This document shows positions 62,895 through 64,000 of a stretch of 64,000 nt of DNA, piece by piece (position 1 is the first letter of the stretch; the number at the start of each line of letters is the position of its first letter). The translations under genes were made by a program, and so were the position numbers. The stretch covers positions 372,001-436,000 of the forward strand of contig NW_020845410.1 in NCBI RefSeq assembly GCF_003704095.1, in the 5' to 3' direction. The notes beneath the pieces were generated by a model that made no database searches, was not told the DNA's origin, and saw nothing but the letters and a program-made list of their open reading frames with translations. This stretch comes from Pocillopora damicornis (lineage: Eukaryota).

Positions 62895-64000
62895 ATGGCT
62901 TTAAATGTAAATATACTCACATTACTCGTTCTCTCATTTGTGCTCGTAGTGCTGGTTGTCACAGCAGAGACACAAAAGTGTACGCAAATTATCAGCGACC
63001 GCTGCACTATGCCGTACATTAGGACTAGAAAAGCGGTCGGTGAGAACAACCAAGAAATCTGCACCGCTTTGGCTGTTTATTTACGCTGCATAGAGGACGT
63101 AAAAAAGACAGTCAAAAGTTGTCGCTCAGATCTTCAATTTCTTACAATATCGACTTTGATACCGATGAAAATGAAAGCCCGAAATTGTGGGAATATTTCG
63201 CTTCCTACAAACGAAACAGCTCTGATCGGTACAAAGTCTCCAACTAAGCCAACCACGAAACGACCTGGTTGTTTGAACTTTACATCTGAGGACCTCAAAC
63301 CTTCTAAAGAACAAATTAGGCTAAACCCACACCATTTTCGATTGTGTGCATTATTCGGGGACCCACATTTAAAAACATTTACGGAGGAACGTCAAACTTG
63401 CGTCGTTCAGGGAGCGTGGCCGCTTATTGACAATAATTATTTCTCTGTGCAAGTTACCAACGTGCCGCTGGTAGCGGGTTCAAGCGCTACAGCCACGAAC
63501 ACCGTAAGTACTGGTAAATTATTTTGAATTTGCGCACTTCTCTACACGGAACGTGTCCAAACAACACAGGCTTTTGAATTATGCATACACGTCCTACAGC
63601 TTACGGCTTCCTTACACTATTCAAATATGGTCTCCAACTGCTTGACAGAAACACGGCATGTCTTCAGCGCTGTGCCGCTTGTCAATTTCACAAGCTTGTG
63701 TGTTTCCCAATGGGTTTGCTAAACGGCTGCGGTGTCAGTTTAGTGCCCAACCGCTGCATTCATTAACCGTTTACTGTTCTAATCGTTCGTTGCACTGACC
63801 GATCTCGTTCGCTTTTGTGATGAAACTAATCACATATCATCATGCAATTTGTTTCTGAAATAAAGCAATCCATCATCACAGCTCGCACAAGAGGCTGCCA
63901 AAATTGATGGATCGCGATTTGGTGACTGTGTATGTTAATCGCTGCACTCATATTTTCTCTTTTAGATCACAGTGCTGATAAAAGCGAATGGAAAGGGCTG
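62895..64000 (+). CDS. RGM: Repulsive guidance molecule (RGM/hemojuvelin family), 5' part, runs off the window
   Basis: Exon 1 62895-63503: signal peptide, Cys-rich N-domain 'CTALAVYLRCI...CRSDLQF', autocleavage motif 'CALFGDPHLKTF', 'TCVVQGAWPLIDNNYFSVQVTN'. Donor ACC|GTAAGT; exon 2 starts 63966 'ITVLIK'. Confidence 0.93.

Overview
Eukaryotic, intron-rich, AT-rich genomic DNA. Gene content and repeat style point to a cnidarian, probably a scleractinian coral (inference). Four N-gaps lie at 2458-2557, 7090-7189, 40630-40729 and 44409-44596. Gene order: two minus-strand BTB-BACK-Kelch genes (one spans a gap with a duplicated BACK region, one has a 1-nt frameshift); a C19orf25/UPF0449-like gene head-to-head with a 23-exon MSH3; an intronless class-A GPCR plus a decayed copy nested on the same strand in MSH3 intron 16; two tandem secreted single-thioredoxin-domain genes with non-canonical active sites (WCTHC, WCSDC), no KDEL and low-complexity tails; two tandem 14-exon GH27 NAGA-like genes; an uncharacterised ~883-aa coiled-coil/disordered gene head-to-head with the second NAGA and carrying a cell-cycle-type promoter; ~8.6 kb of non-coding DNA; and the 5' part of an RGM gene. 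Many MITEs, SINE-like elements and a palindromic 20-bp minisatellite are interspersed. The best candidates for undescribed biology are the secreted thioredoxin pair and the coiled-coil gene. Gene models were hand-spliced using GT/AG and frame continuity; no database searches were run.
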